Shown here in pieces: positions 62,386 through 64,000 of a stretch of DNA of 64,000 nucleotides. A model generated the notes under the pieces. It was not told the DNA's origin, ran no database searches, and saw nothing but the letters and a program-made list of their open reading frames with translations. The position numbers and the translations under genes were made by a program. Every line of letters begins with the position of its first letter. Position 1 is the first letter of the stretch. This DNA is from Nemertoderma westbladi (Eukaryota > Animalia > Xenacoelomorpha). Location of the stretch: positions 1-64,000 of the forward strand of contig JAUCBJ010003036.1 in the NCBI GenBank assembly GCA_032718475.1, read 5' to 3'.

Positions 62386-64000
62386 TACCCCACAGCCGCA
62401 GTCTCATGCCGCCCTACCCCACAGCCACAGTCTCACGCCGCCCTACCCCACAGCCACAGTCTGACGCGTCCCTACCCCACAGGCACAGTCTCACGCCGCC
62501 CTACCCCACAGCCACAGTCTCACGCCGCCCTACCCCACAGCCACAGTCTCACGCCGCCCTACCCCACAGCCACAGTCTCACGCCGCCCTACCCGCCGTCC
62601 TACTGTCCTACCTACACGCCGCCCTACACGCCGCCCTACACGCCGCCCTACCCCACAGCCACAGTCTCATGCCGCCCTACCCGCCACCCTAACCCACAGC
62701 CACAGTCTCACGCCGCCCTACCCGCCATCCTACCCCACAGCCACAGTCTCACGCTGCCCTACTCCACAGCCACATTCTCACACTGCCCCACCTCACAGCC
62801 ACAGTCTCACGTGCCCTACCCCACACCCACAGTCTCACGCCGCCCTACCCCATAGCCACACTCTCACGCCGCCCTAGGCGCCGCCCTACCCCACAGCCAC
62901 AATCTCATGCCGCCCTAGGCGCCGTCCTACCCCACAACCACAGTCTGACGCGGCCCCACCCCGCAGCCACAGTATCACGCTGACCTACCCCACAGCCACA
63001 ATCTCATGCTGCCCTACCCCACAGCCACAGTCTCACGCCGCCATACCCGCTGCCCTACGCCACAGCCCTACGCCACAGCCACAGTTTCACGCTGCCCTAC
63101 TCCACAGCCACATTCTCACACTGCCCCACCTAACAACCACAGTCTCACGCACCCTACCCCACAGCCACAGTCTCACGCTGCCCTACCCCATAGCCACACT
63201 CTCACGCCGCCCTACCCCACAGTCACAATCTCACACTGCCCTACCCCACAGCCACAGTCTCACGCCGCCCTACCCCACAGTCACAGTCTCACGCCACCCC
63301 ACCCCACAGCCACAGTCTCATGCCGCTCTACCCACCGCCCTACCCCACAGCCACAGTCTCACGCACCCTACCCCACAGCCACAGTCTCACGCCGCCCTAC
63401 CCCACAGCCACAATCTCACGCCACCCCACCCCACAGCCACAGTCTCATGCCGCTCTACCCACCGCCCTACCCCACAGCCACAGTCTCACGCACCCTACCC
63501 CACAGCCACAGTCTCACGCTGCCCTACCCCACAGCCACAGTCTCACGCTGCCCCACCCCACAGTCACAATCTCACACTGCCCTACCCCACAGCCACAATC
63601 TCACGCCACCCCACCCCACAGCCACAGTCTCATGCCGCTCTACCCACCGCCCTACCCCACAGCCACAGTCTCACGCCGCCCTACCCCACAGCCACAGTCT
63701 CACACTGCCCTACCCACCGCCCTACCCCACAGCCACAGTCTCACACTGCTCTACCCCACAGCCACAGTCTCACGCTGCCCACCCCACAGTCTCACACTGC
63801 CCTACCCGCCGCCTACCCCACAGCCACAGTCTCACCCCGCTCTACCCCACAGCCACAGTCTCACGCTGCCCACCCCACAGTCTCACGCTGCACTACCCGC
63901 CGCCCTACCCCACAGCCACAGTCTCACGCTGCCCTGCCCCACAGCCACAGTGTCACGCCGCCCTACCTGCCGCCCTACCCCACAGCCAGTCTCACGCTGC
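62386..64000. repeat. 29-bp satellite resumes (another copy of the second higher-order unit)
   Basis: Matches ~58316-59920. Confidence 0.95.

Noticed and set aside
48520-62855. Long Pro/His/Thr-rich ORFs resembling extensins or mucins
   Set aside because: They arise in all three frames from a stop-poor 29-bp repeat whose length is not a multiple of 3.

Overview
Eukaryotic (most likely animal) heterochromatin-like window made almost entirely of nested retroelements and two satellites. I could not support any host gene, RNA gene or CRISPR array. From left to right it contains: a decayed CsRn1-clade Gypsy element (531-4817); a 52/53-bp satellite abutting a 3'-truncated RTE LINE; a BEL/Pao-derived non-autonomous LTR element 'A' (minus strand, about 11720-25331) interrupted by an RTE-type LINE and a Mag-like Gypsy element; a TTAA-flanked Kolobok-like MITE; and a 29-bp satellite with ~2.1-kb higher-order duplications. 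That satellite hosts a four-level nest: CsRn1 element 'C' > BEL-derived element 'B' > [Mag-like pol fragment + full-length CR1/L2-group LINE]. There are three main signals. (1) Elements A and B have no tRNA primer-binding site; instead the 9-10 nt next to the 5' LTR are the exact reverse complement of a segment in their own predicted R region, and this pairing covaries between the two families, suggesting self-priming in a BEL/Pao lineage. (2) Element B has gained an in-frame, catalytically intact Gypsy RT-RNaseH-IN, apparently delivered as a LINE 5' transduction. (3) The Mag-like element seems to have inserted without a normal TSD, at a 10-bp microhomology to its own LTR end. All assignments come from reading motifs by eye; no database searches were run.
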